From the NCBI GenBank assembly GCA_001786575.1, contig MFRW01000001.1:22179-86178 (forward strand): 64,000 nucleotides of DNA. The letters are read 5' to 3'. The position numbers and the translations under genes are program-made. Each line of letters begins with the position of its first letter. Position 1 is the stretch's first letter. Below, piece by piece: positions 63,838 through 64,000 of this stretch. This stretch comes from Candidatus Moranbacteria bacterium RIFCSPHIGHO2_01_FULL_55_24. Its GTDB lineage: Bacteria; Patescibacteriota; Minisyncoccia; Moranbacterales; UBA1568. The notes below the pieces were generated by a model that worked only from the letters and a program-made list of their open reading frames with translations, did no database searches and was not told the DNA's origin.

Positions 63838-64000
63838 ATGTTTTGCGAAGCTTTTCCTGATATACAGTTCTTTATTTTTACGAAACATGTTCCGTCGCTG
63901 CTTTACTATTCACATATCCCGACCGCTCTTACAGCCTTACTGATCGGCTTCTTTATTTATGTTAAAAGTAATCGGAATCAACTTTCAAAAATACTCCTTT
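63838..64000 (+). CDS. Hypothetical membrane protein, 3' truncated by window edge
   Basis: ATG at 63838. Hydrophobic N-terminus (LTALLIGFFIYV). Open to the end of the window. Confidence 0.3.
   Translation, partial: MFCEAFPDIQFFIFTKHVPSLLYYSHIPTALTALLIGFFIYVKSNRNQLSKILL

Overview
This 64-kb window is a gene-dense, high-GC (roughly 55-60% by eye) bacterial chromosome segment. The housekeeping backbone is dnaX, clpB, proS, tyrS, pheS/pheT, secD/secF, an ABC-F ATPase, cfa, a cold-shock protein, a Prx5-type peroxiredoxin, a PQQ-type sugar dehydrogenase and tRNA-Gln(UUG). Two envelope-glycan blocks are present: GT4 glycosyltransferases, two NAD-dependent epimerases, a Wzz-like protein and a MacB/FtsX-type ABC exporter. 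The 5' edge holds two genes of a complex-I / group-4 [NiFe]-hydrogenase-like membrane module whose large subunit has lost all four Ni-ligating cysteines (Ehr-like). Non-standard items seen directly in the sequence: (1) a soluble VirD4/TraD (T4CP)-like ATPase with a Pro/Glu-rich linker and a C-terminal CxxC-x17-CxxC zinc ribbon, paired with an upstream membrane protein; (2) an HtrA/DegP homologue with all three catalytic-triad residues substituted; (3) a membrane-anchored ClpA/B/C-like AAA+ protein with degenerate D1 Walker motifs; (4) SecD carrying an inserted, apparently circularly permuted, parvulin PPIase module; (5) a CIRCE-like inverted repeat upstream of clpB; (6) three low-GC insertions, one abutting the 3' end of tRNA-Gln, one at about 54.2-56.6 kb and one at about 62.1-64 kb. 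The best candidate for an undescribed system is the 54.2-56.6 kb island. It has a consensus sigma70 promoter with an 8-3-8 palindrome at the start site, then an anSME-family radical-SAM/SPASM enzyme, then a 60-aa peptide ending in KGWDKGWGKSGGPGPDR (a WGK/Lys-Trp-type motif), then a strong hairpin and a low-GC unknown protein. A C39-like cysteine peptidase and a PRMT-like methyltransferase sit in the next low-GC block. Lineage guess, low confidence: Patescibacteria/CPR-like, because of the sigma70-region-4 + HARE-HTH protein, the many small membrane hypotheticals and the absence of biosynthetic operons across 64 kb. No rRNA, CRISPR array or transposase was recognised.
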